Shown here: positions 47,785-57,104 of the stretch, piece after piece | Layout of the letters: each line of letters starts with the position of its first letter | Position numbering within the stretch: the stretch's first letter is position 1 | DNA from: an uncultured Gammaproteobacteria bacterium | GTDB taxonomy: Bacteria; Myxococcota_A; UBA796; JAJRTE01 | Length of the DNA: 64,000 nt | Direction: 5' to 3' | NCBI GenBank assembly: GCA_964418585.1 | Contig: CAYQMG010000045.1 | Span: forward strand, 721-64,720 | The notes under the pieces: model-generated | Databases searched by the model: none | Told to the model about the DNA's origin: nothing | The model's input: only the letters and a program-made list of their open reading frames with translations | Made by a program: the position numbers and the translations under genes

Positions 47785-48618
47785 TCATGCCTGCGGGTGC
47801 GCCCGGGAGTTTTCGTGTCCTTCGGGAGAGAAGAAGAGGTAGGCCCCGTATCCCACGACCTCGGTCCTGGGGCCTGCCGTATCACCGGAATTCCGCAGGT
47901 CCACGGTGTGCACCCGCAGGCCCTTGCGCCGGGCCACCACCAACAGGCCGCGAAGGGGGTAGAACCCGCACGCCTGATGGTGGTCGATCCGGTCCGGGTC
48001 CAGGTCCTCGATGGCCCGGGACACGGCGGCGTCGAGTTTGCGGGCAACCTCGTAGGGTTCGTAATGACTCAGGTCCGAACTCACGACCACGAGGGTTTCG
48101 GGTCCTCCCCACAGGGATTCCAGCACCTCGGCGACCTGCTCCGGAGTGGCGCTGCCGACCACGAGGGGCACGAGGGAAAAGGCATCGAGCGTTTCCTGGA
48201 GGAATGGGAGGTGCACCTCGAGGCTGTGCTCGAGGGCATGGGCGGCGTTGGAGACCTGCACCTGGGGCAACCTGGCCAGTGCAGCACACGCGTCGGCGTC
48301 GAGGGGCACGTCTCCGAGGGGAGTACGAAAAGCGTCGACCGAGGGCAATGCCAGACCGACGACCGGGAAACGATGTGCAGGACCCAGGAGCACGACCCGG
48401 GTAATGGTCGAGCGTGCGGGCAGGAGATGGACATAGGCGGAGCCGGCGATGGGCCCGGAGTAGATGTACCCTGCATGAGGCGCCACGAGCGCCTTGGGCA
48501 CGGCGTCCCCGTCCATCTTCCTCGCCGTTTCCAGGTACCCTGCCACGGCCCGCTTCACCTCTCGAGCGTCGGCCGGATAGAAGCTACCAGCGACTGCGGG
48601 TTGTCTCACGGCAGACAT
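47785..48618 (-). CDS. Memo-like protein (AmmeMemoRadiSam system protein B family)
   Basis: N-terminal AGSFYP and VAPHAGYIYSGP, then HSLEVHLPFL, are the hallmark MEMO1/AmmeMemoRadiSam-B motifs. No AMMECR1 or activating rSAM partner is adjacent. Confidence 0.8.
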   Translation of the reverse strand: MSAVRQPAVAGSFYPADAREVKRAVAGYLETARKMDGDAVPKALVAPHAGYIYSGPIAGSAYVHLLPARSTITRVVLLGPAHRFPVVGLALPSVDAFRTPLGDVPLDADACAALARLPQVQVSNAAHALEHSLEVHLPFLQETLDAFSLVPLVVGSATPEQVAEVLESLWGGPETLVVVSSDLSHYEPYEVARKLDAAVSRAIEDLDPDRIDHHQACGFYPLRGLLVVARRKGLRVHTVDLRNSGDTAGPRTEVVGYGAYLFFSPEGHENSRAHPQA

Positions 48619-48942
48619 GGCTCACTCCAGGGAACGAGGTTCGCAATTCGGCGTGCGCACGCCGGTTCTCTCGGCACAGGATACCGCCAGGGCGATGGTG
48701 GGTGCAAGAGAGAACTTGAGGGTGTTCCCGGCGAGTTTGAGACGTTCGGCGGGTCTGGATTCCCCGGAATCGGGTCGAGGCGGAGTTGTGTCGTTGCGAT
48801 GTGGTCGAAAATGGGGAACTGCGGGGCAGGGGAAGCGTGCGGGGGGAGGTGTGGAGGAAACTTGGCCGTGTAACGGTAGAGATCGGTTGCAGGGATGGGA
48901 CATGTGGAGCCCAAGTGGAGCCAATTCGTGAGCAAAATGGCA

Positions 48943-48971
48943 TTGACAGGCGTGGAACACTACGGTATCGT
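48943..48971 (+). promoter_or_regulatory. Candidate sigma70-like promoter for the Oar-like receptor operon
   Basis: TTGACA (48943-48948), 17-nt spacer, TATCGT (48966-48971). It sits about 220 nt upstream of the ATG at 49193. Confidence 0.3.
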
Positions 48972-49119
48972 CGCATAAGTTTGGACAGCCGTATCGAGTC
49001 CCCCCGTTGCGGCGAGGCCGATGGTTGGAAGGAGTTGGAAAGCGGGCCTTTCTGCGATTCGTTCGGTGCTGTGACGGAGAAGAGCGCCGCGCGAAGGTCG
49101 TATTACATTGGGTTGACTT

Positions 49120-49148
49120 GTTCAATCATGTTCAACAACGTTCAACAA
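49120..49148 (+). repeat. Three direct repeats GTTCAA(T/C)(C/A)A phased exactly 10 bp apart (candidate regulator binding site)
   Basis: GTTCAATCA (49120), GTTCAACAA (49130), GTTCAACAA (49140). The array ends 44 bp upstream of the receptor ATG, where a Shine-Dalgarno AGGAG follows. Confidence 0.4.
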
Positions 49149-49192
49149 ACCTGGGTCTCATTCGTTCCACAACCCCTGATGAGGAGTAAAGG

Positions 49193-52100
49193 ATGATTCC
49201 ACTCGAGAATCAGCGCGGAAGGTCATGGATCTTCGTGGTCCTGGCACTTCTACTGGCGTCGGCCACCGCAATGGCTGGGACGACCGGAAACCTGACCGGT
49301 TACGTGGTGGGTCCTGATGGCGCCCCCCTTCCGGGCGTCACGGTGACGGTCACTGCGCCGGTGCTGCAAGGCAGCCGGACGGTCACAACCGATTCCCAAG
49401 GCTTTTATCGCCTGACACAACTCCCCCCCGGCGACCGGTACAATGCCCGATTCGAGGCGACCGGCTACAAGCCCACCGTGCGGTCCGGTATCGTGATCCA
49501 CATCGACGAGACCATCAAGCTTCCCACAGTGAAGATGCAGACCGTGCAGGTCGAGGAAGCGATCGAGGTGGTGGAGGTGGCCCCGGTCATCGACCAGGGT
49601 TCCACGACCATCGGCCGCAACCTCACCAATGAGTTCCTTGAAGCAATCCCGACCGCCCGTTCGACCACCGGCGTGCTCACGTTGGCCCCGGGTTCTGCGA
49701 GCGACTCCTACGGTGTGTCGTTCCGTGGAGCGACGTCGCCGGAGAACCACTACGTCATCGACGGGTTGAACACGACCGGCGTGATGTACGGGACGGCTTC
49801 CTCCTCGCTTCCCATCGAATTCATTCAGGAAGTGCAGGTGAAGACCGGTGGCTATGAGCCCGAGTATGGGCGTGCGACCGGTGGCCAATCGATCGTGATC
49901 ACCAAGAGCGGTGGTAACGAGTTCCATGGAGACATCTTCCTCTACACCACGCCCATCGAGGGTGAGCGTTCGACGGTGGTGAGCGGGGAGGACTATCCGG
50001 GCACGGCGCACGAGGAGGCTTCCTATATTGCGCAGTCGAAGCTGATTCACAGCTCCCAGATCGGATTCGACCTGGGCGGCTACATCATCAAGGATCGCCT
50101 TTGGTTCTTCGTCGGGTACGCTCCGTCCCTGTATCGGCGGGACTACGGGTATGAATTCCGGCTCCCGAGCACGTTCACGGACGAGCAGCGTGAGAAGCTG
50201 GCCAACAACATCAACCCCGAAGTGCCTCTGAGCGAGAATGCGATCTGGGACAGCTACAAGAGCCTGTCTCACTACTTCATGGCGAAGTTCACGTTGAACA
50301 TCAACCAGAACCACTCGGTGTGGGTCTCCTTCTCCGGGAAGCCTGGCAAGGGCTGGGGATACCTGGGTGGCCACAACGGTCTTCCGAGCAGCTTCATGGG
50401 AACCATCGAGGCGGGCGCGGTGGACTACATCTTGTCCTACAACGGGAAGTTCCTCGGCGGACTGGTCAACCTGGACACGATTCTCGGGTACCATACCGAG
50501 TACGGCCGGACCATTCCGTTCACCGGGATCTATGAGAGCGCGTCCGGCAACAGCCCCTACGACGGCCAGGAGTTCGATGGCAATACCTACTTGTACTACC
50601 ACTCGAACTACGATTTCGCCGCACCGGGCTTCACCTGTGAGACGACCGACGGCGAGCAGGTGCCCTGCTACCGCTACGGGTTCATGACCGGTGGCTACGG
50701 GTTCGTCGAGGACACGAACGCGAGCCGTCTCACCTTCAAGCCGATCCTGTCCATCTACCTGAACAACATGGTCGGCAACCACGTGATCAAGCTCGGTGGC
50801 GACTATGAGCGCAACCACGTGGTCAACGCCAAGGGGTACACCGGCGGTTTCTACACGGTGGACCGGGGCTCCTACCACTACGAGAGGTACTACTCGCTGG
50901 CCGGAGAGCCGGTGGACGTGCTGAACACCGACACCTTCACCCACAACTCGGCCGCCTTTGCCCAGGACAACTGGAGCGTGCTCTCCAACCTGACCCTGAG
51001 TCTCGGCGTCCGCTGGGAACAGCAGATTCTGCAAGACATCAATGGTGTCACGCGGCTGAAGATCGACGACAACATCGCGCCTCGCGTCGGTATCATCTAT
51101 GACCCGACCAAGCAGGGCCGCAGCCGAATCATCGCCAACTTCGGCCGATACTACTCCTCCATCCCGCAGGACCTGAACGACCGGGCGATGGTTCCGGAAG
51201 GATTCCTCTACTTCCGTTTCTACGACTCGGAATATCCCAACTACGAGCCCGGCACGTATGAACTGCCGGTGGAAGAGGCGTGGCTGAACTTCGGTCAGGA
51301 GCAGGCCTACATCCAGAAGGACCTCAAGGGCATGTACTCCGACGAAATCGTGATCGGCTTCGACTACGAGGTCATGAAGGACATCGGGGTGGGCGTCAAT
51401 GCCGTGCAGCGGAAGCTGGGCAACATCATCGAGGACATCTCCCCGGATGACGGAAATACCTACCTCGTCGCCAACCCGGGCGCCGACCCGATGCAGTTCT
51501 ACGGCGTGGACCCGGAGAACCCGGATGGCCCCTCGGTGCTCGTCACCGACGAAAATGGCGACCCGGTCACGTTCCGGCGCTGCTTCGCCGGGATGGACCC
51601 TCTGTCCCAGGCTCCGGTCACCTACTGCTTCCCCAAGGCCACCCGGACCTACCGTGCGCTCGAGTTCACCTTCCAGAAGCGGTTCTCCGACAACTGGCAG
51701 GCTCAGGCATCCTACACGCTGTCCAGGACCTGGGGTAACTACCCCGGCCTCTTCACCGAGTCCAACCTCCAGCTCGACCCCAACATCACGTCCATGTACG
51801 ACGTGGCCAGCGCCCTCGCCAACCGCGACGGGCTCCTCGAGCAGGACCGGACCCACAACATCAAGCTGGCCGGTGCTTACCTGTTCAACTTCGGCACCTC
51901 GCTCGGCGTGACCACCTTCATCTACTCCGGAACGCCCATCGCGTTCCTCGGCTACAACGCCGCTTACTTCGGCCCTGAAACCTTCATCCTCCCCAGAATG
52001 GCTACTCCGGAGTTCCACAGCGACGGCACCACCTACGACGTGAAGTCCCGGACGCCCTGGATTTACTACGTCAACGCCAACGTTCGACACCACTTCCGGT

Positions 52101-52360
52101 TCGCCAACAAGCACTCACTGGTACTCGGATTCCTCGTCTCCAACGTCCTCAATGCGCAGGGCGCCACCCGGATCGACCAGGTCTACACGTACCAGTTCGC
52201 AACGCCCTATGCGGGCGGCAACAGCCTGCAGGATGTGATGTGCTACGACGATGCTTTCTGGATCTACACGTCACACTGCGAGCGAAACCCGAATTTCGGG
52301 AATCCGACGAGCTACCAGTCGCCCTTCTCGGTACGTTTCGAAGCCAAGTATACCTTCTGA
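49193..52360 (+). CDS. TonB-dependent outer-membrane receptor-like protein with N-terminal carboxypeptidase-regulatory-like domain (Oar-like)
   Basis: Signal peptide. CarbopepD_reg-like N-domain (NLTGYVVGPDGAPLPGVTVTV...TDSQGFYRL). Plug-like region (VIDGLNTT) and long beta-barrel. C-terminal aromatic residue (..EAKYTF). About 1055 aa, as for Myxococcus Oar. Confidence 0.85.
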   Translation: MIPLENQRGRSWIFVVLALLLASATAMAGTTGNLTGYVVGPDGAPLPGVTVTVTAPVLQGSRTVTTDSQGFYRLTQLPPGDRYNARFEATGYKPTVRSGIVIHIDETIKLPTVKMQTVQVEEAIEVVEVAPVIDQGSTTIGRNLTNEFLEAIPTARSTTGVLTLAPGSASDSYGVSFRGATSPENHYVIDGLNTTGVMYGTASSSLPIEFIQEVQVKTGGYEPEYGRATGGQSIVITKSGGNEFHGDIFLYTTPIEGERSTVVSGEDYPGTAHEEASYIAQSKLIHSSQIGFDLGGYIIKDRLWFFVGYAPSLYRRDYGYEFRLPSTFTDEQREKLANNINPEVPLSENAIWDSYKSLSHYFMAKFTLNINQNHSVWVSFSGKPGKGWGYLGGHNGLPSSFMGTIEAGAVDYILSYNGKFLGGLVNLDTILGYHTEYGRTIPFTGIYESASGNSPYDGQEFDGNTYLYYHSNYDFAAPGFTCETTDGEQVPCYRYGFMTGGYGFVEDTNASRLTFKPILSIYLNNMVGNHVIKLGGDYERNHVVNAKGYTGGFYTVDRGSYHYERYYSLAGEPVDVLNTDTFTHNSAAFAQDNWSVLSNLTLSLGVRWEQQILQDINGVTRLKIDDNIAPRVGIIYDPTKQGRSRIIANFGRYYSSIPQDLNDRAMVPEGFLYFRFYDSEYPNYEPGTYELPVEEAWLNFGQEQAYIQKDLKGMYSDEIVIGFDYEVMKDIGVGVNAVQRKLGNIIEDISPDDGNTYLVANPGADPMQFYGVDPENPDGPSVLVTDENGDPVTFRRCFAGMDPLSQAPVTYCFPKATRTYRALEFTFQKRFSDNWQAQASYTLSRTWGNYPGLFTESNLQLDPNITSMYDVASALANRDGLLEQDRTHNIKLAGAYLFNFGTSLGVTTFIYSGTPIAFLGYNAAYFGPETFILPRMATPEFHSDGTTYDVKSRTPWIYYVNANVRHHFRFANKHSLVLGFLVSNVLNAQGATRIDQVYTYQFATPYAGGNSLQDVMCYDDAFWIYTSHCERNPNFGNPTSYQSPFSVRFEAKYTF

Positions 52361-52374
52361 CAAGGAGAGGATAG

Positions 52375-54198
52375 ATGTTCTTCAGAATACGAACGCTTAG
52401 TTTGAGCTTGGCGTGCGGAGGACTGGGGCTACTCGTTTCATGCGAACCGGTCACTCCGCCCTCGACCCCTGCTGTCTGGGACGAGCAGAACACCACGATC
52501 GAGTTCGGTATGAAGACCGACGACCAGGGAAATCCGATCACCCTCAGCGAGGGGCTTACCGACGTCATCTTCAACCAGTGGTTCGGCCTCAACATGGGGT
52601 GGCCGGACGCGGTGATCCGCGTTCACGCGGCCCTGGAAAACTTCACCATCCGCGAAACCACCCCTGCGTCGCACGACCGTCCTCCCGGCATCGAGGACGA
52701 CTACACGGACTCGTACACCCCCGGGTGCGAGGATACCTACTGGTCCAGGGAAACCATTGCAGGCGGTGGTATCCTGTTCTACTACTTCGAGCCGCTGTGG
52801 AGTCCATACGACTGCCCGGGACCGGAGACGGGCGGCACCGAGTCGTGGGACGAGTGGAACAGCGCTGGCCACATCCAGGTGTTCTTCAACGGAATCTACG
52901 TGGGTTCCGGCTACAGCGAGGATTTCGAGCTGGAAATCCTTCGTCAGCCTCTTTTCTACACGCCTGACTGGGGCATGGGCGTGCTCGACCGCAACGGCGT
53001 CATCCAGCCCTGGGTGGACCTGAACGGAGACTGGAGTGTCGACTTCGGCCAGGACTGGGACGGTGACGGCGTCATCAGCAGCGACGCGGAAGAGGACCTC
53101 GACGGTGACGGGTTCTTCGACATCTACGAACCGGACACCGACCTGGACGGGGTGTGCGACCTGTTCAACGAGGACTACGACGGAGACGCGCACCTGGATG
53201 TCAACGAGGACAGCCCGGCCAACGGTGGCGACGGCAACGGCATTCCCGGTCTGGTCATCAAGTACGACAGCGACGGGGACGGAACGCCTGAGGACTATGT
53301 CGGGGCCATGAGCTACTTCTATGACTTCGACGCGCGCGCCTGGGACGGGGAGTACCTCCCCAACATCGTGGGCGAGGACCTCAATGGCAACGGCGAAATC
53401 GACCAGAACGAGGTCGACGAGTGGGGTTGCTGGGAGGACCTCGACGGCGACGGTGAAATCGACCAGGTTCGTATCGACGTCGACGGTGACGGCGTGGCCG
53501 ACTTCCTGACCGAGGACTTCAATGGAAACGGCACGCTCGACCCTGGCCCAGACCCGGACCTGGACGGCGACGGCTTCATCGACATGCCGGACAACAACAA
53601 CGACGGGGTGCCTGAAGACAGCGAGGACTTCAACGGCGACGGCAATCTCGACGTTGATGAGGACCTCAATGGGGACGGCGAGTGCACCTTCGACTATGCC
53701 GACGTGGAAGACGTGGATGGGGACGGTATCCAGGACATCGACGAGACCGCGATCAATCCTCAGTGTTCTGACAAGCCCTTCGGATGTGAGGGTGACGACG
53801 TGGTGCTCGTCACTTCTGGTGACTACCTCATGTCGATTCCACTGATTTATCCCCTCTTCATGGGCGGCGCAAACGGGCACGACAGCTTCTATACCTGGGA
53901 CAGCTCGTGGGAGGATATCTGCACCGACACGCTGGACCAGAATGTTATCGCCAAGATCACGCTCAAGCTCGTCCACGACGACCACTCGGACATCTACGGC
54001 GCTCCCATGTTCAACTACTACGTGACCTTGAAGGACATGATGGACATGGGCGTGGTCTCCTGCTGGCCGACCGACCCGATCTACAACCCTCAGTGGATGG
54101 TCGACCAGGGAATCTACGAATGCAGCACGGTGTTTGGTTGGCTCGACGGCTACTACACCTACTATCCTGAAAGCGAGATTCCCGAGGAATATCGGTAG
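52375..54198 (+). CDS. Lipoprotein with thrombospondin-type-3-like / EF-hand-like Asp-rich Ca-binding repeats
   Basis: Lipobox LSLACGG. At least 12 repeats of D-x-D/N-G-D/N-G-x-x-D (DWDGDGVISSD, DLDGDGFFD, DYDGDAHLD, DLNGNGEID, DLDGDGEID, DVDGDGVAD, DFNGNGTLD, DLDGDGFID, DFNGDGNLD, DLNGDGEC, DVDGDGIQD). It starts 15 nt after the Oar-like gene. Confidence 0.7.
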   Translation: MFFRIRTLSLSLACGGLGLLVSCEPVTPPSTPAVWDEQNTTIEFGMKTDDQGNPITLSEGLTDVIFNQWFGLNMGWPDAVIRVHAALENFTIRETTPASHDRPPGIEDDYTDSYTPGCEDTYWSRETIAGGGILFYYFEPLWSPYDCPGPETGGTESWDEWNSAGHIQVFFNGIYVGSGYSEDFELEILRQPLFYTPDWGMGVLDRNGVIQPWVDLNGDWSVDFGQDWDGDGVISSDAEEDLDGDGFFDIYEPDTDLDGVCDLFNEDYDGDAHLDVNEDSPANGGDGNGIPGLVIKYDSDGDGTPEDYVGAMSYFYDFDARAWDGEYLPNIVGEDLNGNGEIDQNEVDEWGCWEDLDGDGEIDQVRIDVDGDGVADFLTEDFNGNGTLDPGPDPDLDGDGFIDMPDNNNDGVPEDSEDFNGDGNLDVDEDLNGDGECTFDYADVEDVDGDGIQDIDETAINPQCSDKPFGCEGDDVVLVTSGDYLMSIPLIYPLFMGGANGHDSFYTWDSSWEDICTDTLDQNVIAKITLKLVHDDHSDIYGAPMFNYYVTLKDMMDMGVVSCWPTDPIYNPQWMVDQGIYECSTVFGWLDGYYTYYPESEIPEEYR

Positions 54199-54647
54199 TC
54201 TCTCGCGCCTTCCCACCTCATCCTTCCTCCCCGCCCTTTTGCTCGGCAACATCTGACGCCTGAATCAAGCATCTTCCTTTTTCAGTTTTTCTCTTGCACT
54301 CACTTCTTGCCTCGCAAGCAGGAGCCCTCGAGCCTGGTCTCCCGCCCCCCCTGCAGACGCCGAAGCCGCCGGCCCGACAGCCGCTGTGTCGCAACGTCCA
54401 CCGTGACATCCTGCGACATCCTGCGCCAATCAAACAGGCCAGGGTGTCTGGTCCCCGGTAACGCCGAGCCGAATGTGCTGCGGGCCACTCAGGAGACATC
54501 CTGTCCTGTCGGTGGGGTGTGAGAAGCTGACAAGAGCCGGTTCAAAGGCTGTGCCGGGTATCGGTGTTCAGGGGCCGGAGGTGAGCCGTGGAGCAACCGT
54601 GTAAGGAAAACGGGAAAAGATTCGAGACCGGTGTGACGGGTGGAGGA

Positions 54648-55511
54648 CTACTGGTGTTTCGAAGCCCTGAGGGAAGCACCGTTTGCCTCGAAGGCGGCGA
54701 GCAGTTCCTTTTTCAAGTACTCAACCGCTTCTTCCGGCGTATCGCTGAAGTGGATCAGGTCCAGGTCTTCCGGACTGATCGTCCCCCAACGCACCATGGC
54801 GTCAAAGTGAATGACCTCTTTCCAGTACTCGGACCCGTACACGACGATGGGCAGGGACTTGGATACCTTCCGAGTCTGAAGAAGTGTGATAACCTCCATC
54901 AACTCGTCGAAGGTCCCGAATCCGCCGGGGAAAACAACCATGGCCTTGGCCAGGTACACGAACCAGAACTTGCGCATGAAGAAGTAGTGGAACTCGAAAT
55001 TGAGTTCCCTGGATATGTAGGGGTTGGGCGCCTGCTCGAACGGGATACTGATGTTGAGCCCGACTGAACGGCCCCCGGCCTGAGATGATCCCAGGTTGGC
55101 CGCCTCCATGATCCCGGGTCCACCTCCGGAACAAATGACAAACGACGGTCCATCCTTCCCAAGGGAATGCGACCACTCGGTCAACCTGCGTGACACCTCG
55201 ACCGCATCTTCGTAGTACGCCGACATCTTCAGCGCACGCCGGGCAGCCTCGAGTTCCGCCACCGTCTCCGATGTCTCCCCTTGCGCGTCCACGAGTGCCT
55301 GTGCCCGCTCGAGCCTTTCCCTGGCTTCTGCAGGCGGCACCGTGCGAGCGGAACCAAAAAACACGATGGTGTTCTCGACCGCGTACTTTTCGAAGCGTGC
55401 CTGAGGCTCCAGAAACTCCGCCAGTAGCCGCAAAGGTCTCGCCTCGGGCGAATGCAGGAACTCTCGATTTGCATATGCCTTGGGTGCTCGAACGCCTGTC
55501 TTGCGTGTCAT
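54648..55511 (-). CDS. LOG family protein (TIGR00730 Rossmann-fold nucleotide-binding / cytokinin riboside 5'-monophosphate phosphoribohydrolase-like)
   Basis: Motifs [11 protein letters not shown] and [14 protein letters not shown] match the LOG PGGxGTxxE signature. Start at MTRKTG. Confidence 0.8.
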   Translation of the reverse strand: MTRKTGVRAPKAYANREFLHSPEARPLRLLAEFLEPQARFEKYAVENTIVFFGSARTVPPAEARERLERAQALVDAQGETSETVAELEAARRALKMSAYYEDAVEVSRRLTEWSHSLGKDGPSFVICSGGGPGIMEAANLGSSQAGGRSVGLNISIPFEQAPNPYISRELNFEFHYFFMRKFWFVYLAKAMVVFPGGFGTFDELMEVITLLQTRKVSKSLPIVVYGSEYWKEVIHFDAMVRWGTISPEDLDLIHFSDTPEEAVEYLKKELLAAFEANGASLRASKHQ

Positions 55512-55571
55512 GGCTGGTCCTTTCGTGGTGGTCCGAATGAAGCCGGACCTTGCGAGGCTCCGGTTGCGCAA

Positions 55572-55607
55572 GCCGGAGTCGATGCCGGAGTCGATGCCGG
55601 AGTCGAT
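55572..55607. repeat. Perfect 12-bp tandem repeat x3 (GCCGGAGTCGAT)
   Basis: Seen directly in the sequence, 60-95 nt upstream of the LOG gene start on the minus strand. Noncoding. Confidence 0.6.
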
Positions 55608-56002
55608 GTTCGCCCTTCGGTCAGGGCCCGGAGGACAACACCGAAGTGTGCCTCTTCGGCAAGAATGGAGACATCACAAGTCTCCAAGGTCCCTCCGCGA
55701 CCGGAAAGAGCGCTGTTCAACCGCCCCCTTGCCATTGTCTCCCGGCTTCCGTGCCGTCTCAGAGCCGGGACGAGCCGCAAGGCTGCGAGGACATCAGGTG
55801 CCGCTCTCTGGTTCTTGACGTCCTTCCTGCCAGGACCAGGGACTACAGCCGACGTGCGTCCCCGCCAGGCATGCGCCCCAACCCAAAGCGAAACCGAGCC
55901 CTTCCCGGAGACACAGCTCGGGCTGATCCATTGATGGCCGTGAGGCGCAGTCAGACTGTGGTCAGGTCGTCGGGGAGGTGAGACGAGGTGGCGGAGCCGT
56001 CC

Positions 56003-56473
56003 CTACCAGCGATAGTGAGCAAATGCCTTGTTGGCCTCGGCCATCTTGTGCACGTCTTCCCGCTTCTTCACCGAGGACCCTCGACCGGCCGCAGCGTCCA
56101 TCAACTCTGCAGCGAGTCGCTCCTGCATGGTCTTGCCGCCCCGGGACCTCGAGTACTGAATGATCCACCGGAGGCCCAACGCCAGGCGACGGTCAGGCCG
56201 CACCTCGACCGGGACCTGGTAGGTGGACCCGCCGACCCGGCGGGACTTCACCTCGATCATGGGCTGGACGTTCTCCAGCGCCTTCTTGAACACCTTGACA
56301 GGGTCCTCTTTCGTTCGCTCCTCGATCAGTCGGAACGCGCCATACACGATCCGCTCAGAGGTGCTCTTCTTCCCGTTCAGCATCACATCGTTGATAAGCT
56401 TCGCAACGATGACGTCATTGTACACGGGATCGGGCAGAACACGGCGCTTGGCTGCTACTCGACGACGTGGCAT
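56003..56473 (-). CDS. rpsG: 30S ribosomal protein S7
   Basis: [47 protein letters not shown]...; canonical S7. Confidence 0.95.
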   Translation of the reverse strand: MPRRRVAAKRRVLPDPVYNDVIVAKLINDVMLNGKKSTSERIVYGAFRLIEERTKEDPVKVFKKALENVQPMIEVKSRRVGGSTYQVPVEVRPDRRLALGLRWIIQYSRSRGGKTMQERLAAELMDAAAGRGSSVKKREDVHKMAEANKAFAHYRW

Positions 56474-56488
56474 CACATACTCCCACTA

Positions 56489-56860
56489 TTATTTCGGGCG
56501 CTTGGCCCCATACTTCGAACGTCCCTGGCGACGCGCTTCCACTCCCACAGCGTCCAACGTACCTCGAATGATGTGGTACCGAACACCAGGAAGGTCCTTC
56601 ACACGACCGCCACGAATCAACACGACGGAATGCTCCTGAAGATTGTGACCGACCCCGGGGATGTAGGAAGTCACCTCGATGCCGTTGGTAAGCCGCACTC
56701 TGGCAACCTTTCTGAGCGCCGAGTTGGGCTTTTTGGGCGTGGTCGTGTACACTCTGACGCACACGCCCCGCTTTTGCGGGCACCCTTTCAACGCAGGAGC
56801 GGTGGTACGGTTGGCTGTTTTCTTCCTTCCTTTTCTGACCAACTGGTTGATCGTAGGCAT
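56489..56860 (-). CDS. rpsL: 30S ribosomal protein S12
   Basis: [14 protein letters not shown]...[59 protein letters not shown]; canonical S12. Confidence 0.95.
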   Translation of the reverse strand: MPTINQLVRKGRKKTANRTTAPALKGCPQKRGVCVRVYTTTPKKPNSALRKVARVRLTNGIEVTSYIPGVGHNLQEHSVVLIRGGRVKDLPGVRYHIIRGTLDAVGVEARRQGRSKYGAKRPK

Positions 56861-57104
56861 CAGTCACATTCTCCTTGATTCCGTCGAAACAGCCGGCCTT
56901 CCTTGTGCGGCCGTTCCACTCCATCCTCGCCGCAGCCGAAGTGTGCCTTCGAGAAGACGGCTTGTCAACCGATTCCTGCCCGTTGGTGCGGCACGGGTCT
57001 TCCCTCCGCGGGGTGTGTCGAGTCACCCGGTTGGAGCGACCGCCGCCCGTTGGTCGGTCGCCCTTGCGGGGTGAGCGCCCATGTGGCAGAGGGCGTTCCC
57101 TGCG

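Noticed and set aside
49250-52114. 954-aa minus-strand ORF
   Set aside because: It is antisense to the well-supported Oar-like TonB-dependent receptor gene. The translation is G/V/R/D low complexity.
52438-54252. 604-aa minus-strand ORF
   Set aside because: It is antisense to the Asp-rich repeat lipoprotein gene. Its repeat-derived V/A/H-rich translation is an artefact of the sense-strand GAC/GGC repeats.
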